A DNA stretch of 64,000 nucleotides from a virus. The notes beneath the pieces were generated by a model. The model was not told where the DNA came from, made no database searches, and saw only the letters and a program-made list of their open reading frames with translations. Positions 9,626 through 19,149 of the stretch are shown here, piece after piece. The stretch is from positions 1 through 64,000 of IMG/VR virus record IMGVR_UViG_3300022200_000032. One strand, 5' to 3'. Both the position numbers and the translations under genes were made by a program. How positions within the stretch are numbered: the stretch's first letter is position 1; every line of letters starts with the position of its first letter.

Positions 9626-11615
9626 AGTACTCGCTTAACCATTTCCATTCGTAAGTTTTGCGAAGTTCATCAAAGTTTCCATCAACATTTTCATAGTAAG
9701 CAACACCATCTGCTGCGCCGCGCTTACTCCATTCTCCAATTGCACCGTCGCCTTTAGTTAACCATTGCTTTAAACGATACTGTGTATCCATTGTGGGGTC
9801 TGAATCCTTCAATTTAATCGCTTCACGGAATGCTGAACGCCATGCCGTCCATGGATCGTCTGCATAGTTAGCAATGCCACTTAACACAGGGACCACTTCG
9901 TGTTCCTGATCTAGTGTAAAGTCAAGACCTTGTGCTTTATTGTGTAGTGTTAAATCTTTGTGGTATGCAATCATTGCCATGTGTCCATATTCCAAACCAT
10001 TGACCGGATTTCGTGCATGAAAGATATAATGCTTATTCTTTTGCATGCGATCTGGTTGCCATGACCAATCAAAGTTTTCATCTACAGTCAGTTTAGCAAA
10101 CACACAAAATGCCCATGGTGTTTCGCTTAAACGCAATGCCGCCTGATATGCTTCCACACGTCCATTGATTCCATCACTGCGTACTACTCTATTGGGTTTG
10201 CCGCGCATTATTTCTTGTAGATGCTTCCAGTTTTTTTCAGCAATTTTTTCTCCATTAGAAATAAACACAACATCTAGTGGTTTGTCGATTAGCGTACTAC
10301 TATATGTTTTGTCAATATAAGGATAATCATACAATTCCCCAAAGATATGCGTTTTTGCGTCTCTAGGCACTACTACTACACTATTTCCTGTAGAAAGAGG
10401 CGTAATAGTGCGTGTTTTTTCTCTCCATAACGGAATAACTGGAGTGTTATCAACGAATCGGTCAGTAAATAATGTTAAAGGTTCCAAAAACGTATGTTCT
10501 TTAACAGCATCAACAATTGAATTACCATCTGTGTGTACTTCAGGAATATGCCAACGGGGAACATCGATATTGTCAACAAAATGGATCGTATCGTACCATT
10601 CAAGCAATTCAGTATTGGTAATGCGAACATTAAACGTTGGTATATTAATTAGAAACGTATCGCCAAACTTTTCGCCATTGCTTGGAAAAACATGTAACAT
10701 GGTTCCTTGCCATAATTCTGGATGCCAGGTGAAATCAAATTTAGAATAGTCACATACGCTTGAACATACCCATACATACTCGTGTTCTTCGCGTGATAAT
10801 ATACGCTGCAATGTGCCTTTATAGCTTGATATAAACCGAGCTATTTTTTTAACTGTCAATCCTTTTGATTCTAGCTGTTGTTTTACCTGTTCTGTTTCTT
10901 TGTTGCCGTGATCAATAAGATACACTTCTTTAGCAATAGAAATGTTTTTAACATTTGCTTGTGTCACGTATTTGGTTGCGCTGGCACCTTTGATTTCATA
11001 TAACGGTCCGCCAGTTTTTTGCCATTGTGTACCAAACTGGTAATTGTATGGTGGCTCTGTATTATCTGGATGCCAGGTATAATCAAATCCTTCGAGCTCA
11101 ACTCCTGCTGGAATCACCCAATTTGGGTCAATTGATATTTTACTTACACGAGGTTCCGTGACATACTTTATAGCGGAAGGATCTGCACCTGAACAAATAT
11201 ACACAGGACCTCCAGTTTTTTGCCACTGTGTACCAAATTTATATATCATTGGTCCTTCTGTTGGATCTGGATGCCATGAATAATCGAAGTCTGTATATGT
11301 TGTATCGTCCCAGTTTAAATAATCTGTTCTGCGAACGGCTATCATGTCATTGTGATAATTTGTGTCTGACCATCCTGCTTTTGGATATAAACCGGTACCA
11401 GAATCTTTCTGGTGTTGGCTGGCAAATACATGTCGCTGGTGTGCTTCCCAGGGTTTAGGTTCCCAAAGAAAATCAAACTCAGAATAGTCACATAAGTAAT
11501 GTATGATCCAGAAATACCTGGTTCTGCTTAACTCTTGTGCTTCTTCTATAGACTTTACTTCACGTTCGTGAGCAAATTGATTTGGTTTTTGTCCTATATA
11601 AAATACGTCAAACAT
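9588..11615 (-). CDS. Multi-module glycosyltransferase-like protein (internal repeats; C-terminal GT-A-like domain)
   Basis: C-terminal ~230 aa aligns with 28287..29201 (LDVV(F/Y), DG..G, NG L.YG, AWR..FRE..K); repeated FD..W.P motif. Confidence 0.6.
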   Translation of the reverse strand: MFDVFYIGQKPNQFAHEREVKSIEEAQELSRTRYFWIIHYLCDYSEFDFLWEPKPWEAHQRHVFASQHQKDSGTGLYPKAGWSDTNYHNDMIAVRRTDYLNWDDTTYTDFDYSWHPDPTEGPMIYKFGTQWQKTGGPVYICSGADPSAIKYVTEPRVSKISIDPNWVIPAGVELEGFDYTWHPDNTEPPYNYQFGTQWQKTGGPLYEIKGASATKYVTQANVKNISIAKEVYLIDHGNKETEQVKQQLESKGLTVKKIARFISSYKGTLQRILSREEHEYVWVCSSVCDYSKFDFTWHPELWQGTMLHVFPSNGEKFGDTFLINIPTFNVRITNTELLEWYDTIHFVDNIDVPRWHIPEVHTDGNSIVDAVKEHTFLEPLTLFTDRFVDNTPVIPLWREKTRTITPLSTGNSVVVVPRDAKTHIFGELYDYPYIDKTYSSTLIDKPLDVVFISNGEKIAEKNWKHLQEIMRGKPNRVVRSDGINGRVEAYQAALRLSETPWAFCVFAKLTVDENFDWSWQPDRMQKNKHYIFHARNPVNGLEYGHMAMIAYHKDLTLHNKAQGLDFTLDQEHEVVPVLSGIANYADDPWTAWRSAFREAIKLKDSDPTMDTQYRLKQWLTKGDGAIGEWSKRGAADGVAYYENVDGNFDELRKTYEWKWLSEYFISVYNVEPVQL
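10965..11290 (-). repeat. Two tandem ~67-aa (201-nt period) repeats FDYxWHPDxTE..FGTQWQKTGGPxY..KYVT
   Basis: ccagttttttgcca at 11011 and 11212; protein repeat visible in translation. Confidence 0.85.
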
Positions 11616-11623
11616 TATAAATT

Positions 11624-12745
11624 ATGATTAGAATTGATGAGTTATATGATAATACATTTTGGCCTTGGATGCAAGAAAATATTCCTGGAGTTAGAATGTT
11701 TTACTGCGATCCTCCGGGACACACCGGTGTTGAAAACTTATTTAACCGCGGTGAAGACTTTATATTAGAAAGTGATTATCTGTTTTTACATGATCAAGAA
11801 CCTGTAAACTTTGAAATATATAAAGATTTGTTTGATGACGTTGTTAGAAGAAATGATGATATTCAGCCGATTCCCGGTAATTGGAAGATAAAAGCACAAG
11901 GTGGTGTACTGGTTAGCGAGCGCGGCGAATATGTTGATCAGTTACGCCAAAGATACGGGTGGAAATCATATTATTATTTCTGGCACGGATGGGCTGCTCT
12001 CGATTGGTACAGAGGATACAACCGATCATTTTTAATCAAACGGGCCGCAGAACGAAAACCAACAAAAACCTTTATGTCTCCTAACCGCATTATTGGAGGT
12101 TATAGAGACCATCGTGTGTTGTTCTTATACGAAATATTCAAACGTGGTTTACAGAACAATCATCTCAGTGCACCACGAACTTGTCCGGTTGAGCATACTG
12201 ATATTACACATATTGCATCAAAATACCAAGATCAGATCCCAGATATCACTCGTGTGTTATCAACCGAAGAATTACCAATAACATTCGCTGGAGAAGATAC
12301 ACAAAAAATGTCCAGTTGTTGGCTAGATAATTTTAATATCGCTGCAGATAGTATGTTTTATGTCCCTACAGAAACCGTATACTTTGGCAAACGATTGCAT
12401 ATTACAGAAAAAACGTTTAAAGCAATAGCATTAGAAATGCCATTTATACTCGTGGCACCAGCACACAGTTTAGAGTATCTGCGTAGTTACGGATTTAAAA
12501 CATTTGGAAGTGTGATAGATGAAAGTTATGACGATGAAGAAGACGATTTGATTCGTTTACAAAAAGTCGGACAACTATTGGAAAACATAGAAAAATTACC
12601 AGAAAAAGAAAGAAAAAGTATCTGGAACCACTGTGTATCAATCGCAACATTTAATTATAATCATTTTTACAAAGGATCATTTGAACACATTCTTTGGAAA
12701 GAATTTGAGCTAATGCTAACTCATCTCAAGCATGATTACACATAA
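11624..12745 (+). CDS. Putative GT-B glycosyltransferase (GT10-like motif)
   Basis: VPTET...HITEKTFKAIALEMPFIL...YGFKTFGSVIDESYD. Confidence 0.5.
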   Translation: MIRIDELYDNTFWPWMQENIPGVRMFYCDPPGHTGVENLFNRGEDFILESDYLFLHDQEPVNFEIYKDLFDDVVRRNDDIQPIPGNWKIKAQGGVLVSERGEYVDQLRQRYGWKSYYYFWHGWAALDWYRGYNRSFLIKRAAERKPTKTFMSPNRIIGGYRDHRVLFLYEIFKRGLQNNHLSAPRTCPVEHTDITHIASKYQDQIPDITRVLSTEELPITFAGEDTQKMSSCWLDNFNIAADSMFYVPTETVYFGKRLHITEKTFKAIALEMPFILVAPAHSLEYLRSYGFKTFGSVIDESYDDEEDDLIRLQKVGQLLENIEKLPEKERKSIWNHCVSIATFNYNHFYKGSFEHILWKEFELMLTHLKHDYT

Positions 12746-13940
12746 ATTTTATATAGAACGCATGGGAAAAAGCACCATGGGTGCTGCTAAACCTTATCCT
12801 AATCTGGCAAAACATCAGGCACAACCGTATACCGCCGAGTGGAGGCAGTTTAGTGTAAACTGGCCATTTTCAGAACCTGTTATGCTATTTGAGTATATGG
12901 ATTATTGGAATGTTCGCTATGAATTAGTTCAACTTAAAGATACAAACAATAACACATTTTATCCTATTGCGCTTTCATTTTTTGACTTCTCTATAGACTG
13001 GTTTACACTATTTCCTGAAGAAGTTTTAAAGCGTGTACGAAATCAAAAACTGCGAGTCCTATTTTATTATAGCGAAGGCGATAATCCTGAATTAATCAAT
13101 GAACACTTAACTCAACAATGCATTCGCTATAATATTCCTAGAGAGCAAATACTATTTGTAAGCGCAAATTCTGCGTGCAGGGATATTCCATATTTCTATC
13201 ATGTTGTTGACGATGAACTTTTGTATAACTTTCGGAATAGAAAAATTTCCCCAGTACAGTATCACGACATGTACCGTAGTAAAAAGTTTACAGCACTTGT
13301 TAGAATGCACAAATACTGGCGGGCAAATGTCATGGCACGTTTATGGGAGCATGGAAATAATCAGGAAGGATACTTTGGGTATGGTAACAAAATTACCGCA
13401 GGCGAAACAGAGGATGACAACCCTATTGAAGTAGATAGTTTTGGTAATCTACGTGAACTAACTAGATTATTTTTAAAAGAACTCCCATTCAAAGCAGATA
13501 ATTTATCCTCTGCTGAACATAATACACATACTCGCAGCGTAATAGAACATTTCCATGACAGTTATTTAAACATTGTATTAGAATCACACATGGACGTGGA
13601 TCAAAGTTATGGAGCATTCCTAACCGAAAAAACATTTAAACCAATTAAAAACGCACAACCGTTTATTATATTTGGCGGTCCTTCTAGTTTGCGCTTATTA
13701 AGAAGAATGGGTTATAAGACGTTTGAAGGCATCATTGATGCCTCATATGACGATATTGTTGATACCTCAAAGCGTTGGAAAGCTGCAATTAATTTAACCT
13801 TAGACTTAATCAACTTAAATAACAAACAGTTAAACGACTTGTACAGAACATGTCGTAACGATTTAATACACAACCAAAATTTGTTCTTAGAGAACAAACA
13901 AAACAGATTACTAAAATTATTAGAGGATATACATGAGTAG
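12732..13940 (+). CDS. Putative GT-B glycosyltransferase (GT10-like motif)
   Basis: NIVLES...FLTEKTFKPIKNAQPFII...MGYKTFEGIIDASYD. Confidence 0.5.
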   Translation: MITHKFYIERMGKSTMGAAKPYPNLAKHQAQPYTAEWRQFSVNWPFSEPVMLFEYMDYWNVRYELVQLKDTNNNTFYPIALSFFDFSIDWFTLFPEEVLKRVRNQKLRVLFYYSEGDNPELINEHLTQQCIRYNIPREQILFVSANSACRDIPYFYHVVDDELLYNFRNRKISPVQYHDMYRSKKFTALVRMHKYWRANVMARLWEHGNNQEGYFGYGNKITAGETEDDNPIEVDSFGNLRELTRLFLKELPFKADNLSSAEHNTHTRSVIEHFHDSYLNIVLESHMDVDQSYGAFLTEKTFKPIKNAQPFIIFGGPSSLRLLRRMGYKTFEGIIDASYDDIVDTSKRWKAAINLTLDLINLNNKQLNDLYRTCRNDLIHNQNLFLENKQNRLLKLLEDIHE

Positions 13941-14985
13941 TCCAATCAACGCTTATACTTCCTGGGATCCATTGGAAGAAGTTATTGTGGGTCGTTGTTA
14001 CCCACCTGAATATTTTGAGTTCATTCAAGATGACCAAGTACGCAATCAATTGCAAAAAGTTCTGTCAGAAACAGAAGAGGATTTAGATAATTTACAAAAG
14101 GTATGTGAAACACACGGGGCTACTGTTCGCAGACCTGAACTTTGTATCACCAAAGACCAATTCTATATCTGGCAAACAAAGAATGGTGGCGCCCCATTAC
14201 CACCATTAACTCCAAGAGATTGGCAAATTACATTAGGCGACAAATTATTGCGTGTACTACAGATGCACGAATTAGATCATATTTGCAACGATTATGAAGC
14301 TCAAGGTGGCAATGTAATTAATCCGCATAAAGCAGCAGGCGGGTATGATGAAAACTGTATTTTAAATGGTGGTTCAGCCTCATGTATTGTGCGTGTGGGT
14401 CGAGATGTGTTTTTTGATAATTCAGAATTTTTAACCGAGGCGCAAAGCGGTTGGATTAAAGAAAACGTACTAAATGACCAAGACTATCGTTTTCATGAAG
14501 CTCGTACAGAAGGTCACGGCGATGCTGTGTTTGCAATTTTAAAGCCTGGAGTTATTCTTAGCACTTATCATGCAGATGACCTTAACTTAGAAGCAGAGTT
14601 TCCTGGTTGGGATTTCTTACGTCTAAACGATAGTTCTATTATTGCTGCACAAATGATCGGACGTGTTAAAGAAGAAAATCGATTAGACGAAGCATGGTAT
14701 CTTCAGGGAGATAAACCAACTGATCAATTCCGTGACTATGTTAACAACTATCTAAGCCATTGGTTAGGATATATTGAAGAAACTGTGTTTGATGTTAACT
14801 GTTTAGTGTTAGATGAACAAAACGTTGTTTTTTCTGCTGAAAATAAAGAAGTATTCAAGTTTTGCGAAAAGCACGGCATTAATCCTATTGTATCTCCGCT
14901 GCGTCATCAGTATTTCTGGGATGGTGGTATTTCTTGTTGCACCCAAGATATTAGACGTCGCGGTGGATTAGAAACTTATCTTTAA
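13933..14985 (+). CDS. Amidinotransferase (glycine/inosamine-phosphate amidinotransferase family)
   Basis: WDPLEEVIVG, PRD, GHGD, FDVNCLVLD, GGISCCTQD (catalytic Cys); GAGGA SD. Confidence 0.85.
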   Translation: MSSPINAYTSWDPLEEVIVGRCYPPEYFEFIQDDQVRNQLQKVLSETEEDLDNLQKVCETHGATVRRPELCITKDQFYIWQTKNGGAPLPPLTPRDWQITLGDKLLRVLQMHELDHICNDYEAQGGNVINPHKAAGGYDENCILNGGSASCIVRVGRDVFFDNSEFLTEAQSGWIKENVLNDQDYRFHEARTEGHGDAVFAILKPGVILSTYHADDLNLEAEFPGWDFLRLNDSSIIAAQMIGRVKEENRLDEAWYLQGDKPTDQFRDYVNNYLSHWLGYIEETVFDVNCLVLDEQNVVFSAENKEVFKFCEKHGINPIVSPLRHQYFWDGGISCCTQDIRRRGGLETYL

Positions 14986-15734
14986 AACGGTTGCATTGAA
15001 AACGGATGTGGGGGCAATTGTTTTCCGGTACAGATTGGATGATCTAGAACATGCAATGCATAAAAGTTAGGGATATTATATATCGAAGACTTTTTGCAGA
15101 TTTTCCTAAATTCATTTTTTTGGTTAAATTCTGTTATGGCCAACTCTTCTCCACAATAATCATTAAACATAAAACTGGTCTCTACGTCATCAAAATATAA
15201 AGGTAGAGCAGGTAGATATTTTGTTGCATCCATTTGAAATAGTGCTAATGCATTTTTTGTACTTGTATATTGATCTAAATCAACACTAACAAACCCCAAC
15301 ACTCTAGAAAAATTCTGGCAGAATTCTGGGATAGTATCATTAACGTCTCCAATCACAAGATTAGCCCGATTGTCAATCTTTTCAAATAATTCGTCAATAT
15401 CAATACGAAAATCTCCAGGTAACCAAAGTTCCGGATGATCTCTATGGTCGACTGGTTTAGGCATTCCACTCCCAACATCAAATCCAGTTATTGTAAAATC
15501 TATATCAAACTCTTTTTTATAGAACTCAGTGTATTCAATTAATGATAACAACCCATTGCCGTTCGCCACTCCTAGCTCGATCACATCTATATGATCTAAA
15601 TCTAGGCACTTTGCTTCCCAGATGCTCATTAACAATCCCAAAGATGTGCTGCGATTTCCGTGAATTCCCAATCCATTTGATCTGATATGACTTGCAATGT
15701 CGCGTATCTTATTCTCAATATTTTTTAGCTGCAT
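14982..15734 (-). CDS. TylF/NovP-like class I SAM-dependent O-methyltransferase
   Basis: VIELGVANG, GFDVGSGMP, LVIGDVNDTIPEF, FVSVDLDQYTST, YFDD. Confidence 0.7.
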   Translation of the reverse strand: MQLKNIENKIRDIASHIRSNGLGIHGNRSTSLGLLMSIWEAKCLDLDHIDVIELGVANGNGLLSLIEYTEFYKKEFDIDFTITGFDVGSGMPKPVDHRDHPELWLPGDFRIDIDELFEKIDNRANLVIGDVNDTIPEFCQNFSRVLGFVSVDLDQYTSTKNALALFQMDATKYLPALPLYFDDVETSFMFNDYCGEELAITEFNQKNEFRKICKKSSIYNIPNFYALHVLDHPICTGKQLPPHPFSMQPF

Positions 15735-17215
15735 ACAGTAACTCCATATTTCTTTTCAAAACGATCAGCATCCTTGCGATCGTTTACCATTGGTTCACCA
15801 CGAATATTTAAACTTGTGTTTAACAACATTGGACAACCTGTTAAATTATACCATGCTTCAAGTAATTTGCGAATACCTGAATTATCTTTAGAAACTGTCT
15901 GCACCCGACTCGTTCCATCAACATGAACAATAGCAGGAAACTCATCTGGACGAGTGCAACGTGCGACTACTTGCATGTAAGGACTATTTTCAAAACCATG
16001 CGGCATATCGAAATATTCATGCACGTATTCTTCTAATATAATAGGAGCAAACGGGCGGAAACGTTGTCTACGCTTAATATCATTTACACGATCTTTAATG
16101 TCTGGGCCTCTTGGATCTGCTAATAAAGATCGTGTACCTAATGCACGAGGGCCAAACTCAGCACGACCGCTTGCTACGCCTACAATTTTGCGAGACAATA
16201 ACTCATCTAACAATTGTTTAACTGGATATTCTCCTGGAATATTGTGTCCTAAAAACGCATCAGTCCAGTTTAACTTTTTACCGTATGCAAGTGCGGCTGT
16301 ACCAAGTGAACTACCGGCGTCACCAGGATTAGGCATAATCCAAATATTATCATAAAAGTTGCCTAAGTTACGATTTGCCAAACAATTAAGTGCAACTCCT
16401 CCCATATATACTAGATTCTTACTAGTACCTAGTTGTCGAGCTTTGCTCATAATATTGTAAATCATTGACTCGGCAATCTCTTGTGTTGAGCAAGCAATGT
16501 TTTCTAAATTAGCACTTTCATCTAAGAATGTACCTGTACCAATGTGCATGTTATGTTTGAATTTTGGTGGATTTATTGTTTCTACAAATTCTTTTAGAAT
16601 TTCGTTTGTGTAATGGGGTTTTCCCCAACCAACCATACCCATTAAAATATATTCTTCGTCCAGTGGGCGCAATCCACAACGTTGTGTAAATGCAGAATAA
16701 AACAGTCCAATACTTTGCGGATAACGCATAGTCCATAGACGTTTATACTTTGCTACACCTTTTTTGTTATATTCTGCGTGCCATATACTAATTGTATCCA
16801 ATTCGCCAATTGCATCAATAACAACTACTGTTGCATCTGTATATGGACTTGTTTGAAATCCCGCTGCTGCATGTGATTTGTGATGTGAGAAATAAGTTAA
16901 ATTGCAATTTAATAAATGGGTGTGTGTTGAAAATTGATCAAGTAATACGTCTCTAATGTTAAAGTGCCATTGTGAAACACGTTCGCCACTGCGGATTTGC
17001 CTTAATTTTTTAAGCCAATGATTTTCATAGTATGCAACAGTGTCAATATCACCATAACTTTCAGCATCATTAAGTATATCGGCACACAGGTTAGCATCGT
17101 GCTTTTGTTTGCTGTAGCGTTCTGAATGGCTAGCGAATAATATATCGCCATTGCGATCAATCACACTTACACCGGCATCATGAAATCCGCAGCTTACACC
17201 TAGTATGTTACCCAT
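15725..17215 (-). CDS. Carbamoyltransferase (NodU/CmcH/NovN/TobZ family)
   Basis: GFHDAG, ERYSKQKHD, HHKSHAAAG, DAIGE, GGVALNC, PGDAG, EFGPRALGTRSLLADPR, FRPFAP, HVDGTSRVQTV, LLNTSLN. Confidence 0.95.
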   Translation of the reverse strand: MGNILGVSCGFHDAGVSVIDRNGDILFASHSERYSKQKHDANLCADILNDAESYGDIDTVAYYENHWLKKLRQIRSGERVSQWHFNIRDVLLDQFSTHTHLLNCNLTYFSHHKSHAAAGFQTSPYTDATVVVIDAIGELDTISIWHAEYNKKGVAKYKRLWTMRYPQSIGLFYSAFTQRCGLRPLDEEYILMGMVGWGKPHYTNEILKEFVETINPPKFKHNMHIGTGTFLDESANLENIACSTQEIAESMIYNIMSKARQLGTSKNLVYMGGVALNCLANRNLGNFYDNIWIMPNPGDAGSSLGTAALAYGKKLNWTDAFLGHNIPGEYPVKQLLDELLSRKIVGVASGRAEFGPRALGTRSLLADPRGPDIKDRVNDIKRRQRFRPFAPIILEEYVHEYFDMPHGFENSPYMQVVARCTRPDEFPAIVHVDGTSRVQTVSKDNSGIRKLLEAWYNLTGCPMLLNTSLNIRGEPMVNDRKDADRFEKKYGVTVCS

Positions 17216-17963
17216 TTCTTACCTTGTTGTTGTATATGCATGCTTGCTCCAACACAGTAAACGGTGCTCCAGCTTCGCGTGCTTGTTTAATCATTGCACG
17301 TGTATCTTTAGGGAAGCAATGTCCTCCCCAGCCACGTTCAGCAGTTACGTGCGAATGATCTGGGCCGATGCGTTCATCTCTACACAAACTATACCGTACA
17401 CTTTCAAAATCTGCACCTACATTTTCACATAGATCATATAGTTGATTAAAGAAACTTACTTTAGTTGCTAAGAAACTATTTTCAGCATATTTAACTAGAC
17501 TTGCTTCAATGTCGGTGATTAAGTGTGCTTCAATATACGGAAATGCTAGTGTCCATATATCAAGCCAAAAATCTTGATTGCCGCCACCTAGAATAACATA
17601 ATCTTGCGTAGCAAAATCTCTGTCTGCTGTTTCAGCGCGAAGAAACTCTGGGCTATATGTGATTTCATGATTGGGAAATTGTTGTTTTAGATCTAGTACG
17701 CCTTTAACATCAACTGCTGATTTAATCACAACCGGAATAGTACTGTCTATGGTTGTTAACACTTGTGCTACATGCGAATAATCGCACGATCCATCAGCAG
17801 CACTTGGTGTGTTAACGCAAATAATAACCCCGTCGACATCGTTATAATCCTCTACGGTTTCTAGTCCAATTTTAGGATCAACAACAATAATGTCCATGTG
17901 CTTGCTAAACTTAGCAGCAACAGCATGCCCAACAAATCCGTATCCTGCGATTGCTATACTCAT
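17208..17963 (-). CDS. UDP-glucose/GDP-mannose dehydrogenase family protein (short, no C-terminal domain)
   Basis: GYGFVG, ICVNTP, IKSAV, SPEFLR, KYAENSFLATKVSFFN, GWGGHCFPKD. Confidence 0.9.
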   Translation of the reverse strand: MSIAIAGYGFVGHAVAAKFSKHMDIIVVDPKIGLETVEDYNDVDGVIICVNTPSAADGSCDYSHVAQVLTTIDSTIPVVIKSAVDVKGVLDLKQQFPNHEITYSPEFLRAETADRDFATQDYVILGGGNQDFWLDIWTLAFPYIEAHLITDIEASLVKYAENSFLATKVSFFNQLYDLCENVGADFESVRYSLCRDERIGPDHSHVTAERGWGGHCFPKDTRAMIKQAREAGAPFTVLEQACIYNNKVRNG

Positions 17964-18061
17964 TTGTAGATAAATGGATCGCGCTTACGTAATTCTTTTA
18001 GTTTCTTTCTGTAACGGATTTCGAGTTTAATCTTGTTCCAGAGTCGTTTAAAAATATTCAT
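17960..18061 (-). CDS. 33-aa basic microprotein ending DPFIYK (SxtK/DUF5989-like ends)
   Basis: Below ORF-track cutoff: MNIFKRLWNKIKLEIRYRKKLKELRKRDPFIYK; TAATG overlap upstream and ATGA overlap downstream. Confidence 0.8.
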   Translation of the reverse strand: MNIFKRLWNKIKLEIRYRKKLKELRKRDPFIYK

Positions 18062-19149
18062 TAATGTTTTCCTATTGCTTCTATCTGTCTTTGCACAAAA
18101 TCTGGATCGCTCCAGTGATAATCATATTCAGCATAAGCATCTGATGTACGAATACTATATACGTCCAAATACTTATAGAGAGTGTTCCAGATATCCTGAT
18201 AATCTGTGCTATTAAAACTTTTTTGTAAATCAACCTGACCGATTTGTGGGTGTCCGATAGTCAGTGTTTTATCATCAGGATCAAATCCATTAACTATTAA
18301 CCACTGTCTAAAATCCTGTAGTTTTTTCTGCATAAATTCGAAATGGCTTGGATCTCTGGCCCATTCAATATCGAAATCACCAGCAGCAAGCGTTTGTCCT
18401 CTGAGGGTGGTTGACACTAGCTCACCAACCCGGGAATCTCTGCCTTCGTCATTAAAAACTTCCCAGTGATGTTTTCCTACTGCCTTGTTGACGCCCACAA
18501 ATACACCACCCAATGGCCTGGAAATGGTATCAATACCAAATAAATCAAAATCATTCTCATCTAGTTCAAATCTGGGTGCATTAATCCAGCACATGAGTTG
18601 ACTGGGACGCATCCATTCAGGCATATGGAATTTTTTGCCGTAACTCAGTGCCCAAGATTCAAATTCATGACATAATAGATTGGTTTGTCTTATATACCAT
18701 CGTTGTTCGTCATTGGCCTTTAACGCATATGGTGATGGTTCTTGTGCAGTTCCCTGAAGTTCTTCAAAATATAAATGCAGTCGATTGAAATGATCGTGAT
18801 CAACCACAATTCTTTCTTTTCCATCATTTTCTGAAATTTCAGTTGTTAGTGAATTGCTTAATGTGAAGTGATCATCAATCTTATATCCAATATTGCTATT
18901 ATTAATATATTCGATTACCTGATTAATTTTGTCAATTAAGAAGTTTCCGTTACGATCACCATCAGCAAACCCAAAAAAGCAATAATTTTTTTCTAAATGT
19001 AGGTTATTGTTCAGTATGTTATTAAATGCATCTAACCATTTACGAGACAGGCTGTTGTCATACACATCAAAAAACACAGAATGGAATTGTCCGGTAGTAT
19101 AATTACGTAATTTTATTTCAACGCTATCTAATATTTTGCCACCACTCAT
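18061..19149 (-). CDS. Hypothetical protein (362 aa) within tailoring cluster
   Basis: Long ORF overlapping both neighbours; motifs NRLHLYFE, LCHEFE, VGKHHWEVFNDE. Confidence 0.85.
   Translation of the reverse strand: MSGGKILDSVEIKLRNYTTGQFHSVFFDVYDNSLSRKWLDAFNNILNNNLHLEKNYCFFGFADGDRNGNFLIDKINQVIEYINNSNIGYKIDDHFTLSNSLTTEISENDGKERIVVDHDHFNRLHLYFEELQGTAQEPSPYALKANDEQRWYIRQTNLLCHEFESWALSYGKKFHMPEWMRPSQLMCWINAPRFELDENDFDLFGIDTISRPLGGVFVGVNKAVGKHHWEVFNDEGRDSRVGELVSTTLRGQTLAAGDFDIEWARDPSHFEFMQKKLQDFRQWLIVNGFDPDDKTLTIGHPQIGQVDLQKSFNSTDYQDIWNTLYKYLDVYSIRTSDAYAEYDYHWSDPDFVQRQIEAIGKH

Noticed and set aside
13933-18061. Saxitoxin biosynthesis cluster
   Set aside because: Only SxtG-, SxtI- and SxtK-like families present; no SxtA-like PKS or other core genes.
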